DNA from: Desulfocapsa sulfexigens DSM 10523
GTDB lineage: Bacteria > Desulfobacterota > Desulfobulbia > Desulfobulbales > Desulfocapsaceae
DNA length: 32,000 bases
Direction of reading: 5' to 3'
NCBI RefSeq assembly: GCF_000341395.1
Contig: NC_020304.1
Coordinates: 2,760,001-2,792,000 of the forward strand
This document shows, in pieces, positions 8,888 to 19,034 of the stretch. The notes under the pieces are model-generated. The model saw only the letters and a list, made by a program, of their open reading frames with translations. It was not told the DNA's origin and did not search any database. A program made the translations under genes and the position numbers. The stretch's first letter is position 1. Each line of letters opens with the position of its first letter.

Positions 8888-9919
8888 ATGCAAATGGACA
8901 TTGTCATTCCAAACTTTAATGGAAAAGTTTTTCTGCGGAGTTGTCTTGATTCGCTAAGACGTCAGAATTGTTCTGATTTTAGAGTTATTGTCGTAGACAA
9001 TGGCTCAAGCGATGGCTCTATTGACCTGCTTGCCCTAGAGTATCCCGAGGTGAAAGTCATTTCCTGGGCCGAAAACAGAGGTTTCAGTGCTGCTGTCAAT
9101 GCTGGAATTGTCGCGGGTTCCAGTCCTCTTGTTTTTTTATTAAATAACGATACGGAACTTGATGAGCAGTGTCTTGATAAACTTATCGCTGCTGCCCGGG
9201 AAAAGACGGAATACGATTTTTTTGCCGCCAAGATGTTAAACTACCATGACCGGGACTATCTTGACGGGGCAGGTGATGCGTTTCTCCGGGGTGGGGTTGG
9301 CTACAGGCTTGGTACCATGGAGTCTGATGGTGATTTTTATAATGTTTCCAGGCAGGTGTTTGGTGCTTGTGCAGGGGCGGCATTGTATCGAAGGGATTTT
9401 TTGGAGGAACTCGGAGCTTTTGATGAGGATTTCTTTGCCTACCTTGAAGATGTTGATCTCAACTTTAGGGCAAACAGCCGAGGGAAAAAATGCTGGTATG
9501 TCTCCGAAGCCAGAGTGTATCACATTGGCAGTGCTACGACAGGATCGAAGATCAACCCTTTTACTGTGAGTCTTTCCACCAGAAATAACCTATGTCTACT
9601 GGTTAAAAATTATCCACTATCCTTGTTGCTGCGTTTCGCTCCGGCTATCTGTGTGTATCAGTTTTGCTGGCTCTGTTTTGTTGTGAAAAAGTTTCAACTC
9701 TTCGCCTACTGCAAAGGAATTGTCAATTTTCTTTCGATATTGCCTGTAATGATTGCGAAACGTAAAGGAAACCTGAGCATGGCAGCACTGAGCAGTGCTG
9801 AACTTGCTGGGCTTATGTGCAGCGCCGAGCGGGAAGCTATTCACTCTATCATGCGCAGACGTGAAGAAAATGGAAAAGGGAATCGACTCTTTTCCATATA
9901 TCAGCGCTTATTCCTCTAA
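8888..9919 (+). CDS. Glycosyltransferase family 2
   Basis: N-terminal GT-A motifs are DIVIPNFNG, VIVVDNGSSDGS and LNNDTEL. The C-terminal region is hydrophobic. Confidence 0.85.
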   Translation: MQMDIVIPNFNGKVFLRSCLDSLRRQNCSDFRVIVVDNGSSDGSIDLLALEYPEVKVISWAENRGFSAAVNAGIVAGSSPLVFLLNNDTELDEQCLDKLIAAAREKTEYDFFAAKMLNYHDRDYLDGAGDAFLRGGVGYRLGTMESDGDFYNVSRQVFGACAGAALYRRDFLEELGAFDEDFFAYLEDVDLNFRANSRGKKCWYVSEARVYHIGSATTGSKINPFTVSLSTRNNLCLLVKNYPLSLLLRFAPAICVYQFCWLCFVVKKFQLFAYCKGIVNFLSILPVMIAKRKGNLSMAALSSAELAGLMCSAEREAIHSIMRRREENGKGNRLFSIYQRLFL

Positions 9920-9932
9920 ATCAGTTGCCCCT

Positions 9933-10751
9933 ATGTTGCCGAAAGTGGCTGCCATTGTTGTCTCTCATAATTCCAAGGCAACCCTTGAACGGTGTATCGC
10001 CGCACTGGAAGCTCAGGATCATTGCCTTGAGAGCATAATCCTGGTTGACAGTGGCTCCAGCGATAAAGAATATCTCGATGCTTTTAAACGGAGAAAATCC
10101 GTGCGATTGCTGCTCGCTGACAATATCGGTTTTTCCAGAGCAAATAATCTTGGATATGAATCCCTTTCTCCGGATGCTGATTTTGTCCTTTTTGTGAATC
10201 CTGATCTTTTTTTGCCACCAGACTCTATTGCAACAGCCCTTCCTCTATTTGAAGAAAAACCCTTGATTGCAATGCTTTCAGGCAAGCTACTCGGATATGA
10301 TATCGAGCATGATAGGCCCAGTGGCAGGATTGATTCCACTGGAATTCAACGAAAATGGTATGGACGCTGGTTCGACCGGGGCCAGGGGCAATGTGACAAT
10401 GGCCAGTATGATGAGCCTGAAGAAATGGATGCTCTCTGTGGTGCCCTGCTCCTTTGCAGGAACGCAGCTTTGCAATCCCTGCCCGGCCCTGTTTTTGATC
10501 CTGTTTTTTTTCTCTACAAGGAAGATATCGAGCTCAGTCTCCGTCTGAGAAAACTTGGCTGGAAACTTTTATATACTCCTGTATTATGTGCCTATCACTG
10601 CCGTGGCTGGAAAGGGGAGAGGCAGAAAATGTCTTATGCGCTGCGTGTCACTGCCGTGAAAAGTGAACTGCTGTTATATAAAAAACACCCATCTCCCTAT
10701 GTTCTCTTTGCACTCCTTAAATATGTGCTGGTAACAGTATTTCGTCTTTAG
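9933..10751 (+). CDS. Glycosyltransferase family 2
   Basis: GT-A motifs are AAIVVSHNS, IILVDSGSSD and FVNPDLF. I prefer ATG 9933 (MLPKVAAIVV), just after the upstream stop at 9919. The ORF-track start at 9795 and the ATG at 9870 would both overlap the previous gene. Confidence 0.8.
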   Translation: MLPKVAAIVVSHNSKATLERCIAALEAQDHCLESIILVDSGSSDKEYLDAFKRRKSVRLLLADNIGFSRANNLGYESLSPDADFVLFVNPDLFLPPDSIATALPLFEEKPLIAMLSGKLLGYDIEHDRPSGRIDSTGIQRKWYGRWFDRGQGQCDNGQYDEPEEMDALCGALLLCRNAALQSLPGPVFDPVFFLYKEDIELSLRLRKLGWKLLYTPVLCAYHCRGWKGERQKMSYALRVTAVKSELLLYKKHPSPYVLFALLKYVLVTVFRL

Positions 10752-10762
10752 AAAAGGTCTGA

Positions 10763-11710
10763 ATGAAAGTGCCAAGCAATTTTCCCCGTATATCTGTTAT
10801 TATCCCGACTCTTAATGGTGGCAGTAGGTTCCGGGAATTGCTGGAGCAACTTTCCCTTCAGACTGTTACTCTTTATGAGTTACTGGTTGTGGATTCCAGT
10901 TCTACAGATGACACCTGTCGTATCGCCGAAGAGTTTGGTGCTACAGTTATCACCATCAGGCGCGATGCGTTTGATCATGGGGCCACAAGAAGTATGGCTG
11001 CAAAACAGGCAGATGGCGAATTACTTCTCTTTTTTACCCAGGATGCTGTTCCGGTGAGTCATGATCTTCTCCAGAAGTTAATTGACCCCTTACTCCATGA
11101 TTCATCCGTTGCCATCAGTTATGGACGGCAGTTGCCAAACTCTGATGCATCCCTCTTTGCGAAAACATTACGAATGTTTAACTACCCTGATAAGTCGGTT
11201 GTTCGTCAATTCTCCGACAGGGCACGACTTGGCCTCAAAACTGCATTTGTTTCTAACTCCTGTGCGGCCTATCGTAAATCTTCCCTTAAACAGGTAAACT
11301 ATTTTGCAGAAAACCTGATCTTCGGTGAAGATACCTGTGCCGCTGGAAGATTACTCCAGAAAGGGTTTAAAATTGTGTATGTGGCGGAAGCTCCTGTTTA
11401 CCATTCACACAATTATACTCTGAGCCAGGAATTTCGTCGTTCATTTGATATTGGCGTACTCCACAGGGTTGAACACTGGCTTCCTGAAACCTTTGGACGT
11501 GCAGAGGGTGAGGGATTGAAATACATCAAATTTGAATTAACCATGATTCTGGAACAGAAGAAATTTCATCTGCTGCCGCTGTTTTTTTGTCGTAATCTGG
11601 TAAAATTTATTGGCTATAAATCGGGTAACAGGTATGGTACCCTGCCTTTGTGGCTTGTACCACATCTTAGTATGAATTCGAACTGGTGGCAGAAATCAGT
11701 AAAACGTTAA
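10763..11710 (+). CDS. Glycosyltransferase family 2 (rhamnosyltransferase-like)
   Basis: GT-A motifs are ISVIIPTLNGG, LLVVDSSSTDDT and FTQDAVP. Confidence 0.8.
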   Translation: MKVPSNFPRISVIIPTLNGGSRFRELLEQLSLQTVTLYELLVVDSSSTDDTCRIAEEFGATVITIRRDAFDHGATRSMAAKQADGELLLFFTQDAVPVSHDLLQKLIDPLLHDSSVAISYGRQLPNSDASLFAKTLRMFNYPDKSVVRQFSDRARLGLKTAFVSNSCAAYRKSSLKQVNYFAENLIFGEDTCAAGRLLQKGFKIVYVAEAPVYHSHNYTLSQEFRRSFDIGVLHRVEHWLPETFGRAEGEGLKYIKFELTMILEQKKFHLLPLFFCRNLVKFIGYKSGNRYGTLPLWLVPHLSMNSNWWQKSVKR

Positions 11711-11722
11711 AGTTTCAGGTGT

Positions 11723-13162
11723 TTGCATGTTGTATTTATAATTATGAATATGCTTTCCACAAATCTCAGGGAACAGAGCTCCATTATGGCCAGGCTGCTG
11801 CATGTCTTTGACTGCATTGTTGTCGTTGGCTTTTTGTGGCTTCTTCTCATCTGGTACAGAGTTCCCTGGACCCCTTACTATACGCGTTTTGCGATAATTA
11901 CCACCGTTCTCTGTCTGATCACCTTTCAATCTTTCCAGCTTTATCGATCCTGGCGGGGATGGAAATTTTTTCAGGAATTTATCGTTATTCTAAGAGCCTG
12001 GGGGACGGTTGTCGGTCTTCTCCTGTTTTATTTTTTCGTTTTCAAGATATCCCATGCCTATTCACGGGTGGTTTTTCTCATCTGGTCACTCTCTACTCCC
12101 GTCCTCCTTTTTACAATGCACGTGGCAGCGAGGAAAGTCCTCCATTATTTTCGATCTCAGGGGAAAAATGTGCGACATGCAGTGGTTGCTGGTGCTGGTG
12201 ATCTTGGTGTCTCTCTTGCCAGGGAGCTAGAGACTATCCCCTGGGCAGGTATTGATGTGATCGGTTTTTTTGATGATAAGGTCGAGGAAAGTGCCCAGTT
12301 ACAGGAGATGGGAAAAAGCATTTTGGGTGATATTGCTACTCTTCCTAAATATCTTGAGAGCAATGATATTGACTACGTATATATTGCGCTTCCCATGCGT
12401 GCCGAAAAAAAGATTTTTAAAATCCTGCGGGAATGTCGTTCCCTGGGGGCTCGTATTTATCTGGTACCAGATCTCTATGTTTACGGCCTGCACCATGCTG
12501 AAATACAGTCCCTTGGAAGCCTCCTTATCTTAAATTTTAATCCCAATACCGAGTGGAAACGAAGTTTTGATGTGATTTTTTCAAGCCTGGTGCTTGTCTG
12601 TGTATCACCATTATTGCTCATTATTGCATGGCTTGTTAAATTTCAGGACGGTGGGCCAGTTTTTTACAGGCATCGCAGGATCACTTCGGCTGGAAAGGAA
12701 TTTGACTGCCTCAAGTTTCGCTCAATGGTTGAGAACGCCGATTTGAAGCTCGAACAACTGCTAAGCGAGGATCCAAAATTACGGAAGGAATGGGACACCA
12801 GTTTCAAGCTCCAGGATGATCCACGGGTCACCCGACTTGGAAAATTCCTGCGAAAAACCAGCCTTGATGAATTACCACAATTCTTTAATGTGTTGAAGGG
12901 AGAGATGAGTGTCGTCGGGGCACGCCCCATTGTGGATAAGGAACTTACTGATTTTTACAAAGAGAGTGCTGGCCGTTACTGCTCGATGAAACCGGGAATT
13001 ACGGGTCCGTGGCAGGTGGAACGCCGTTCTGACAGCAATACGAGCTACGACGAACGTGTCGGCATGGATGACTGGTATATCTTGAATTATTCCCTGTGGA
13101 CCGATATTAAGATTATTTGCAAAACCATCAAACGTGTCTTTGATGGTCGTGGAGCTGTTTGA
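11723..13162 (+). CDS. Undecaprenyl-phosphate hexose-1-phosphate transferase (WcaJ/WbaP-type priming phosphoglycosyltransferase)
   Basis: N-terminal TM helices are followed by a central Rossmann-like segment (AVVAGAGDLG). The C-terminal bacterial sugar-transferase domain contains KFRSM...DPRVTRLGKFLRKTSLDELPQFFNVLKGEMSVVGARP. The start is ambiguous (TTG 11723, ATG 11744 or ATG 11750). Confidence 0.9.
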   Translation: MHVVFIIMNMLSTNLREQSSIMARLLHVFDCIVVVGFLWLLLIWYRVPWTPYYTRFAIITTVLCLITFQSFQLYRSWRGWKFFQEFIVILRAWGTVVGLLLFYFFVFKISHAYSRVVFLIWSLSTPVLLFTMHVAARKVLHYFRSQGKNVRHAVVAGAGDLGVSLARELETIPWAGIDVIGFFDDKVEESAQLQEMGKSILGDIATLPKYLESNDIDYVYIALPMRAEKKIFKILRECRSLGARIYLVPDLYVYGLHHAEIQSLGSLLILNFNPNTEWKRSFDVIFSSLVLVCVSPLLLIIAWLVKFQDGGPVFYRHRRITSAGKEFDCLKFRSMVENADLKLEQLLSEDPKLRKEWDTSFKLQDDPRVTRLGKFLRKTSLDELPQFFNVLKGEMSVVGARPIVDKELTDFYKESAGRYCSMKPGITGPWQVERRSDSNTSYDERVGMDDWYILNYSLWTDIKIICKTIKRVFDGRGAV

Positions 13163-13171
13163 GTTTGGTTT

Positions 13172-13927
13172 TTATTCTCCGGCGACTGCTTTCATCAGTA
13201 TTTGAGGGGCATCTCCTGTAGCTTTGTCGAGAAGGTTCAGTGGAATTTCTTGACGCTCTGCTTTTCGTATTTCCTTTGAATCTGGAAAGAATGCTACTGG
13301 ACGTATCGCCAGTCCTTCTTCGAGGAATATTTTGTCTTCTTCATCGGTTACCAGATTTCCAACAAAGCTGATTCGTGGAATTTTTACATCTTCTGCCAGC
13401 TTTTTTACTTTAAGTGCTGTCCTGATGGATGATTTGGACGGTATCACCACAATCAGCAGGTGGTCAATACCTGCAATCGTTCCTCTCCCAAGATGCTCCA
13501 CTCCCGCCTCCATGTCGAGGAGTACGACCTGATCCTTTGAAAGGAGCAGCTTGGTCAGCATTCTTCGTAAAACGTTGTTCTCCGGGCAGGCACATCCTTT
13601 GTCGCCCGTCTGAATTGCACCCAGTACCATCAGTTTCATGCCGTTATGCTGGATCATGAAGTCGACGAGTAGATCATTTACTTCCGGGTTCATATTATAC
13701 ATGGGTGAGCCTTCGGTTTTGCCGGAGCGTTCGACCAGAAGTTGTGTCATGTCTGCAATGGGACGGATCTTCTCGGGATGCTCAACACCAAGGGTTTCAG
13801 CCATATGGGGGCTGGGGTCGGCATCAATAACCAGTACGTCCTTACCGGCACGTTTAAACTCATCTGCCAGAAGTGCCATGATGGTGGTCTTTCCAACTCC
13901 GCCCTTTCCACTGATTGCAATTTTCAT
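13172..13927 (-). CDS. cooC: CooC-family (MinD/ParA-fold) nickel-insertion accessory ATPase
   Basis: It has the deviant Walker A MKIAISGKGGVGKTT, the CxC metal motif GCACPEN and the switch-region motif DMEAGVEHLGRGT. Its 251-aa length is typical of CooC. GAGGA lies upstream of the ATG on the minus strand. Confidence 0.8.
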   Translation of the reverse strand: MKIAISGKGGVGKTTIMALLADEFKRAGKDVLVIDADPSPHMAETLGVEHPEKIRPIADMTQLLVERSGKTEGSPMYNMNPEVNDLLVDFMIQHNGMKLMVLGAIQTGDKGCACPENNVLRRMLTKLLLSKDQVVLLDMEAGVEHLGRGTIAGIDHLLIVVIPSKSSIRTALKVKKLAEDVKIPRISFVGNLVTDEEDKIFLEEGLAIRPVAFFPDSKEIRKAERQEIPLNLLDKATGDAPQILMKAVAGE

Positions 13928-14044
13928 AGTTGTTTTCCTCTGCTACAGTCCGCTTTTTCTTGCAAGCTGATCCAAAATGGTTATATCTTTATGGCAAATG
14001 TAGTGCAATTGTTGTTTTGAGTAAACTAAAACAGGAGGATTAAT

Positions 14045-14755
14045 ATGGAATATATGAGTAACCAACAAATAACCTTGAGTCAGGCAAAGCAGGAAGCCTC
14101 TACGATTTTTCTGGCAAAGGTATTTAACTGGATGGCAATAGGGCTTGGTTTAACAGGTGTGGTCGCCTGGTTTATGGCGTCGAGTGGTTTTGCTGCACAA
14201 CTCGTAAGCAGTCCTCTTTTTATGATTCTCATTTTTGCTGAGCTTGGGCTTGTTTTTTATCTCTCAGCCCGCATCGAAAAGATTCAGGCTGGAACAGCTA
14301 CCGGCCTGTTTCTTGGCTACGCCGGACTCAATGGACTGACTCTGTCTATGGTTTTCCTCGCTTATACAAACTCTTCCATTGCTGCGACCTTTTTTATCAC
14401 AGCAGGAATGTTTGGTGCCATGGCAGTATACGGTCTGGTGACGAAACGTGATCTGTCTGGCATTGGTTCCTTTCTCTTTATGGGACTCATCGGAATTATC
14501 ATTGCCTCGGTGGTGAATATATTTCTTAAGAGTTCGTCACTCTACTGGGCGATCTCCCTTATAGGAGTCTTTGTCTTTGTCGGTCTCACTGCTTATGATG
14601 TTCAGAAGATCAAAAACATGGGTGAGCAGGGTATTATGGAACAGGGTGGAGAGGCCATCCAGAAAGGTGCTATTATGGGTGCCCTTGCTCTCTATCTTGA
14701 TTTTATCAATCTCTTCCTTATGCTTCTCCGTTTTTTTGGGGGCAGCAGGAATTAG
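14045..14755 (+). CDS. Bax inhibitor-1/YccA/YbhL family membrane protein
   Basis: It has seven hydrophobic helices, the family motif LTAYDVQKIK, and AGGAGG 6 nt upstream of the ATG. Confidence 0.9.
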   Translation: MEYMSNQQITLSQAKQEASTIFLAKVFNWMAIGLGLTGVVAWFMASSGFAAQLVSSPLFMILIFAELGLVFYLSARIEKIQAGTATGLFLGYAGLNGLTLSMVFLAYTNSSIAATFFITAGMFGAMAVYGLVTKRDLSGIGSFLFMGLIGIIIASVVNIFLKSSSLYWAISLIGVFVFVGLTAYDVQKIKNMGEQGIMEQGGEAIQKGAIMGALALYLDFINLFLMLLRFFGGSRN

Positions 14756-14780
14756 GAAAGTAGAGGTAGCTCACTGAAGA

Positions 14781-14823
14781 AAAAGCATGTTCTGCCCTGG
14801 GTAGGACATGCTTTTCTGTTTTT
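14781..14823 (+). terminator. Rho-independent terminator after the BI-1 gene
   Basis: AAAAGCATGTTCT pairs with AGGACATGCTTTT (10 bp, one mismatch, then 2 bp) across a 9-nt loop. It is followed by CTGTTTTT. Confidence 0.7.
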
Positions 14824-14838
14824 AAGCATAGGAAACCG

Positions 14839-16059
14839 ATGAATATGGACTGTTCATTTTCTGGAAAAAAGGTAGTCGTCGGAGTAACTGGCTCCATTGC
14901 AGCTTTTAAGGTTGCCGGGTGGGTCAGCGCACTCACCAAAGAAGGGGCTGAGGTAAAGGTTGTTATGACCCCTGCAGCCTGTCGTTTTGTCACACCTCTT
15001 ACCTATGCCGCACTCTCTGGTAATCCGGTTTTGACCGATATGTTTGCTGCCGAAGAGGCTCATGCCATTTCTCATGTTCAACTTGGTCAGGAAGCAGATA
15101 TTCTTCTTATTGCACCTGCCACTGCCAACACCATCGCCAAGATTGCCCATGGTCTTGCTGACGACCTCCTGTCTACCTCAGTTCTCGCCGCAACCTGTCC
15201 TGTCATATTTGCTCCCGCAATGAATAGTCAGATGCTGGCCAATCCGGCAACTCAGCGTAATCTTGAAAGAGTAAAAGGCCTGGGGTATGGAATAATCGAA
15301 CCGGATAGTGGAAAGATGGCCTGTAAAACCGAAGGCCCCGGTCGTCTTCCTGAATGGTGCGATGCACGGGAACAACTTCTTGCTGCTCTGACGAAGCAGG
15401 ATCTGTTAGGAAAGAAAATTCTGGTTACAGCGGGTCCCACCCGTGAAGCTCTTGACCCTGCCAGGTTCCTCAGTAATCGATCCTCAGGGAAAATGGGATA
15501 TGCCTTGGCGCGTGCTGCCAAAAGGCGTGGCGCTGAAGTCCTTCTGGTGAGTGGTCCAACCGCATTGGCAACACCTTTTGGAGTGAAACGCATTGATATT
15601 CAGACTGCTGCAGAGATGAATGCTGTTGTGATGGAAGCCTGTGGCCGCCAGTCAGTTATTATCAAATCCGCTGCAGTCAGTGATTTCTGTCCGGAAAGGA
15701 TTGAATCCGAAAAGGTCAAAAAAGATACGGCTCAATTTGTTTTGCCACTCAAACAGACACCCGATATTTTAGCGCAGCTGGGGCAGAGAAAAGAGAAGGA
15801 ACATTTTCTTCTGGTGGGGTTTGCAGCTGAAAGTCGCGACCATCGTGCCGCTGGAGAGAAAAAACTCAGTCAAAAAAATCTCGATCTGATTGCAATTAAC
15901 GATATTAGTGGCGAGGATACTGGTTTTGAAACAGATACTAATCAGGTCACTTTGTTAGACAAGAATGGCTTTACAGATCTCCCTTTAACCAGTAAAGAAG
16001 CGACCGCCAATCTGATTCTTGACAGAGTTGCCACTCTGTTAATTGATACGAACAACTAA
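14839..16059 (+). CDS. coaBC: Bifunctional phosphopantothenoylcysteine decarboxylase / phosphopantothenate-cysteine ligase
   Basis: The N-terminal flavoprotein motif is VVVGVTGSIAAFK and the CoaB-domain motif is SNRSSGKMG. The 406-aa length fits. Confidence 0.95.
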   Translation: MNMDCSFSGKKVVVGVTGSIAAFKVAGWVSALTKEGAEVKVVMTPAACRFVTPLTYAALSGNPVLTDMFAAEEAHAISHVQLGQEADILLIAPATANTIAKIAHGLADDLLSTSVLAATCPVIFAPAMNSQMLANPATQRNLERVKGLGYGIIEPDSGKMACKTEGPGRLPEWCDAREQLLAALTKQDLLGKKILVTAGPTREALDPARFLSNRSSGKMGYALARAAKRRGAEVLLVSGPTALATPFGVKRIDIQTAAEMNAVVMEACGRQSVIIKSAAVSDFCPERIESEKVKKDTAQFVLPLKQTPDILAQLGQRKEKEHFLLVGFAAESRDHRAAGEKKLSQKNLDLIAINDISGEDTGFETDTNQVTLLDKNGFTDLPLTSKEATANLILDRVATLLIDTNN

Positions 16060-16093
16060 ACTCTTTTCAAAAGAAATCTTAAAAACACAACAA

Positions 16094-17302
16094 ATGACTC
16101 CGCGAGAACGTTCCATCCTGACAGTGACTTGTTATGGTCATTTTATAAGTCATTTCAATATGCTTGTTTTCCCAGCTGTGCTTTTGCCACTTACTGCCAG
16201 GCTTGGTATGGAAATGGGTCCGACACTGGCGCTCTCTTTCTGGATGTATCTCCTGTTCGGGATAACGGCTTTACCATGGGGACTGCTGGGTGATCGCCTG
16301 GGCTCACGACCTCTGCTTCTTTTGTTTTATTTCGGGGCTGGTCTCTGTGGTCTACTGGCGGCTATGAATACTACCAATCCTTTTATGTTCAGCCTCTGTC
16401 TTGCTGGTATAGGTCTCTTTTCCGGTATTTATCATCCCGTAGGGCTTGGCTGGATAGCCAGGGAGTTTAAGAATACCAGTCAGGGAATGGCATATAACGG
16501 TATGTTCGGGAATCTTGGTCTTGCAACAGCTCCAATACTCGCTGGGTCCGTGAACTACTTCTGGGGAGTGGAAGCTGTCTATGGGGTTTTGGGAGTTGTC
16601 AATGCAAGCGGGCTGATCCTTCTCTATTTTGTTCGCAATGGTCATTCGACAAAACAGGAAAGGAGGGAAAAAAAGCCACAGACTCAGGGAAATCTTAAAC
16701 CTTTTCTGGTTCTCTTGGTGGCTATGATGCTTGGCGGTGTGGTCTATCGTGCCACTACCGTAACCCTGCCAGCCTATTTTGAGATGCAGAATCAAAGTCT
16801 GTATCAGAGCTTTCTGTCAGTTTTCGGTCAACTGGGATCACCAAATGTTTTTGCTACTCTGGTGACATCTTTTATTTATCTGGTCGGTATGGCAGGACAG
16901 TACTATGGAGGCCGGGTCGGACAGTCGGTTGATCTTGGCAAAGGATACCTGATCTTTCACCTTATTACCATTCCCACAGTTATTGCCATGGCTGTAACCT
17001 CTAATATGCCACTTATCATCTTTGCCATGGTCCATTCCTTTTTCCTGTTGGGAATGCAACCATTAGAAAACACCCTGGTGGCGAGGTTGAGTCCACCACA
17101 GTTTCATAGTTCGGCCTATGGGCTGAAGTTTATTCTTACCTTTGGGGTAGGGGCACTCAGTGTCAGTATGGTGAGTATCATTAAGGAAAGTTTCGGCTTA
17201 AGTAGCGTTTATTTTGCCCTTGCACTTGTCTCTACGACGCTGGTCTCTGCTATTCTTTTGCTGAATCACTACCGGAAATCACTGAACAGCGTCGCAGGCT
17301 GA
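16094..17302 (+). CDS. MFS transporter
   Basis: It has about 12 hydrophobic helices and a central basic loop (KQERREKKPQ). ATG 16094 (MTPRERS) avoids overlap with coaBC. The substrate is unknown. Confidence 0.8.
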   Translation: MTPRERSILTVTCYGHFISHFNMLVFPAVLLPLTARLGMEMGPTLALSFWMYLLFGITALPWGLLGDRLGSRPLLLLFYFGAGLCGLLAAMNTTNPFMFSLCLAGIGLFSGIYHPVGLGWIAREFKNTSQGMAYNGMFGNLGLATAPILAGSVNYFWGVEAVYGVLGVVNASGLILLYFVRNGHSTKQERREKKPQTQGNLKPFLVLLVAMMLGGVVYRATTVTLPAYFEMQNQSLYQSFLSVFGQLGSPNVFATLVTSFIYLVGMAGQYYGGRVGQSVDLGKGYLIFHLITIPTVIAMAVTSNMPLIIFAMVHSFFLLGMQPLENTLVARLSPPQFHSSAYGLKFILTFGVGALSVSMVSIIKESFGLSSVYFALALVSTTLVSAILLLNHYRKSLNSVAG

Positions 17303-17334
17303 AAAAGCAGGACACTAACCGATTCATTGTATCG

Positions 17335-19020
17335 CTATTTGAGTTTCGCCCAGGAATCACGGAGGCTCACGGTTCTGTTAAATATCAGTTTTTCGGGTGT
17401 TGAATCTTTCACATCCACACAAAAATAGCCCTGCCTTTCGAACTGGAAACATTTGCCGGGGGCTGCATTGGCAAGTGACGGTTCCACAAAACAGTTGTGT
17501 AAAGAACTTAAGGATTCTGGATTTAAATGCTCTTTGAAATCCACATTCCTGTCGGCATCTGGATTGTCAACGCTGAAGAGCCTGTCATAGAGGCGAACTT
17601 CACATTGTACAGCCTCATTGGCAGAGACCCAGTGAATGGTACCTTTGACCTTGCGTCCATCGGGGGCATTGCCACCATAGGTTTCGGGGTCGTAGCTACA
17701 GTGAAGTTCCAGTATTTCCCCGGTCGTTTCGTCCTTCACCACCGATTCACAGGTAATAAAATAGGCGTAACGCAGTCGAACCTCACGGCCGATATCGAGG
17801 CGGAAAAATTTCTTTGGCGCATTTTCCATAAAATCAGTGCGTTCAATGTAGATTTCACGGGAGAAGGGCAACATCCTACTTCCCATCTCAGGGTTCTGTG
17901 GGTGGTTTTGCCCTTCAACCTCTTCAACTTGGTCTTCGGGATAGTTGGTTATTATCACCTTCAATGGATCGAGTACCCCCAGTACCCGCGGCGCGATTGT
18001 ATTGAGATCATTGCGGATCGCATTTTCCAGCACACCCATATCGATCCAGCTGTCTCTCTTGCCAACCCCTATCTCGGCACAGAATTCACGGATCGAGGCC
18101 GGGGTATACCCACGGCGTCTGAGACCTGAGACGGTGAGCATTCGAGGGTCATCCCAGCCGCTTACGTGACCTTCTTTGACGAGCTGCATCAGCTTACGTT
18201 TTGACATCACGGTATAGCTGAGATTCAAACGGGCAAATTCTATCTGCTGCGGATGGCTTGGAGTTTCAAGAATATCTAATACCCAGTCATAGAGAGGGCG
18301 ATGGTCTGCGAATTCAAGGGTACAAAGGGAATGGGTGATATGTTCCAGGGCATCAGAAAGACAATGGGTGAAATCATACATGGGGTAAATACACCAGGTG
18401 TCACCGGTTCTATGGTGACTGACATTCATGATTCGGTAAATGATCGGATCGCGCATGTTGAGATTGGGAGAGGCCATGTCAATTTTTGCGCGGAGAACAT
18501 GACTGCCTTCTGCGAATTTTCCATCCCTCATTCCCTGGAACAGTTCAAGGTTCTCTGCAACTGTTCGGTTACGATATGGGCTGTTTTTGCCTGGTTCTGT
18601 GAGGGTTCCACGATAGTCCCGCATCTCTTCGGCGGAGAGGCAACATACATAAGCCTTTTCTTTTTTGATCAGCGCAACAGCGAAGTCGTACAGCTGTTCG
18701 AAGTAATCGGAGGCGTAAAAAAGATTGTCTCCCCAGTCAAATCCAAGCCATTGCACATCATGGATGATGGATTCAACATATGCCAGCTCTTCTTTGCTGG
18801 GATTCGTGTCATCAAAACGTAGATGACAACGACCACCGAACTCTGCAGCAATGCCAAAATTTAAACAGATAGATTTTGCATGACCGATATGGAGAAATCC
18901 GTTTGGCTCCGGTGGGAAGCGGGTTATAGGAACACTGTGTTTCCCACTCTTCAGATCTTCTGTGACTATCTGTCTGATAAAATCAAGGGGTTTTTCACTG
19001 CTTTCTTTTACTGTATCCAT
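17335..19020 (-). CDS. glnS: Glutamine--tRNA ligase
   Basis: It is a class I synthetase with HIGH motif [14 protein letters not shown] and KMSKS-type motif VMSKR. It has a C-terminal GlnRS anticodon-binding beta-barrel region and is 561 aa long. Confidence 0.95.
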   Translation of the reverse strand: MDTVKESSEKPLDFIRQIVTEDLKSGKHSVPITRFPPEPNGFLHIGHAKSICLNFGIAAEFGGRCHLRFDDTNPSKEELAYVESIIHDVQWLGFDWGDNLFYASDYFEQLYDFAVALIKKEKAYVCCLSAEEMRDYRGTLTEPGKNSPYRNRTVAENLELFQGMRDGKFAEGSHVLRAKIDMASPNLNMRDPIIYRIMNVSHHRTGDTWCIYPMYDFTHCLSDALEHITHSLCTLEFADHRPLYDWVLDILETPSHPQQIEFARLNLSYTVMSKRKLMQLVKEGHVSGWDDPRMLTVSGLRRRGYTPASIREFCAEIGVGKRDSWIDMGVLENAIRNDLNTIAPRVLGVLDPLKVIITNYPEDQVEEVEGQNHPQNPEMGSRMLPFSREIYIERTDFMENAPKKFFRLDIGREVRLRYAYFITCESVVKDETTGEILELHCSYDPETYGGNAPDGRKVKGTIHWVSANEAVQCEVRLYDRLFSVDNPDADRNVDFKEHLNPESLSSLHNCFVEPSLANAAPGKCFQFERQGYFCVDVKDSTPEKLIFNRTVSLRDSWAKLK

Positions 19021-19034
19021 AAATGTGTCTCTAA

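Noticed and set aside
17527-18822. 200-aa and 173-aa plus-strand ORFs inside glnS
   Set aside because: Both lie antisense to a clearly real, motif-bearing glnS. They have no recognisable domains or ribosome-binding sites, so they are shadow ORFs.
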